From the NCBI GenBank assembly GCA_002269645.1, contig NIVC01000544.1, positions 186,001 to 250,000 of the forward strand: a stretch of 64,000 nucleotides of DNA. The letters are read 5' to 3'. Position 1 is the first letter of the stretch. Each line of letters begins with the position of its first letter. The translations under genes and the position numbers were made by a program. The notes under the pieces are model-generated. The model ran no database searches. It was not told the DNA's origin and worked only from the letters and a program-made list of their open reading frames with translations. This DNA comes from Macrostomum lignano. Its lineage: Eukaryota. Positions 63,301 to 64,000 of this stretch are shown here, one piece after another.

Positions 63301-63721
63301 TTTAGCGCCACAGGCACTCATTTTGGCGCCACAGGCACTCACTTTAGCGCCGCAGGCACTCATTTTAGCGCCGCAGGCACTCATTTTAGCGCCGCAGGCA
63401 CTCATTTTAGCGCCGCAGGCACTCATTTTAGCGCCGCAGGCACTCATTTTAGCGCCGCAGGCACTCATTTTAGCGCCACAGGCACTCATTTTAGCGCCGC
63501 AGGCACTCATTTTAGCGCCACAGGCACTCATTCTAGCGCCGCAGGTACTCATTCTAGCGCCGCAGGTGCTATATTTAAGTGCCCAGAAACAAAATTATTG
63601 ATTTCCACAACGGGTCACAAGGTGGGGTTGGTGGACAAAGCATTGTAATGTCCCCCATAGCTTTTACTGGGGGGGGGTACATGTCCCCCTTGTCTCCCCC
63701 CCCTCCGTGGCGACGCCCCTA
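60304..63721. mobile_element. hAT-like MITE expanded by a ~3.1-kb internal 21-bp minisatellite (gcactcattttagcgccgcag)
   Basis: Ends caggggcgtcgccatgg / ccgtggcgacgccccta; flanking direct repeat tggactac (60296-60303 and 63722-63729; atggactac if read as 9 bp); array ~60415-63570. Confidence 0.85.
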
Positions 63722-63775
63722 TGGACTACTCAAGTAGAAGAAGAAAGAAAGATGGATGCTACACTCATTTTTCTT

Positions 63776-63946
63776 TAAAAAACTAACGAAAATTCAATTC
63801 AGACAATTAAGACTGGGGAAAATTTTGTCTATGGCTAAACCTTGCTTCGGTGGCAGAATTTTTTGAACTGGGGTTGGTTTCTATTGATTTTCCGTAAGCG
63901 TTGCCCCAGTCTGAATTGTCTGGATTGAATTTTCGCTAGTTTTTTA
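63776..63946. mobile_element. Small MITE or hairpin element with ~41-bp inverted arms
   Basis: aaaaactaacgaaaattcaattcagacaattaagactgggg versus ccccagtctgaattgtctggattgaattttcgctagttttt. Confidence 0.7.
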
Positions 63947-64000
63947 GAACTGGACTTTGATAAAAGTTGAACGTGAAAAGGTGTAGTGCATTTAGTATGT

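Noticed and set aside
60404-63648. Long ORFs (885, 519 and 449 aa) of APQALIL / SAAGTHF repeats
   Set aside because: Translations of a 21-bp satellite inside a MITE; frameshifting units swap frames, and several frames are open at once.

Overview
Intron-containing animal genomic DNA, extremely rich in micro- and minisatellites. The style resembles a free-living flatworm such as Macrostomum; this taxon is an inference only. I reconstructed about 11 protein-coding loci by hand using GT-AG boundaries and phase checks. On the + strand: the 3' part of an Ig-domain membrane protein, an orphan ORF, and the first exon of a C2CD2/TMEM24-like gene. On the - strand, eight co-oriented genes: a 6-exon fusion of two normally bacterial transferase families (DUF2064/TIGR04282-like plus GT2/TIGR04283-like, annotated in bacteria as arsenosugar/rSAM-selenodomain-associated), DIXDC1, two tandem NAT16/histidine-N-acetyltransferase-like genes (one with a premature TAG in an exon almost identical to its paralog's), two tandem divergent Bcl-2/Bax-like genes, COA8 and NUDT6. 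Mobile DNA includes an internally deleted Ginger transposon nested in a LINE RT fragment, tRNA-derived SINEs, and several MITEs with TIRs and TSDs, one swollen by a 3.1-kb internal minisatellite. Nearly every larger intron carries its own tandem array. Most long ORFs in the supplied track are artefacts of these arrays. No database searches were run; family calls rest on recognised motifs. Repeat boundaries are approximate.
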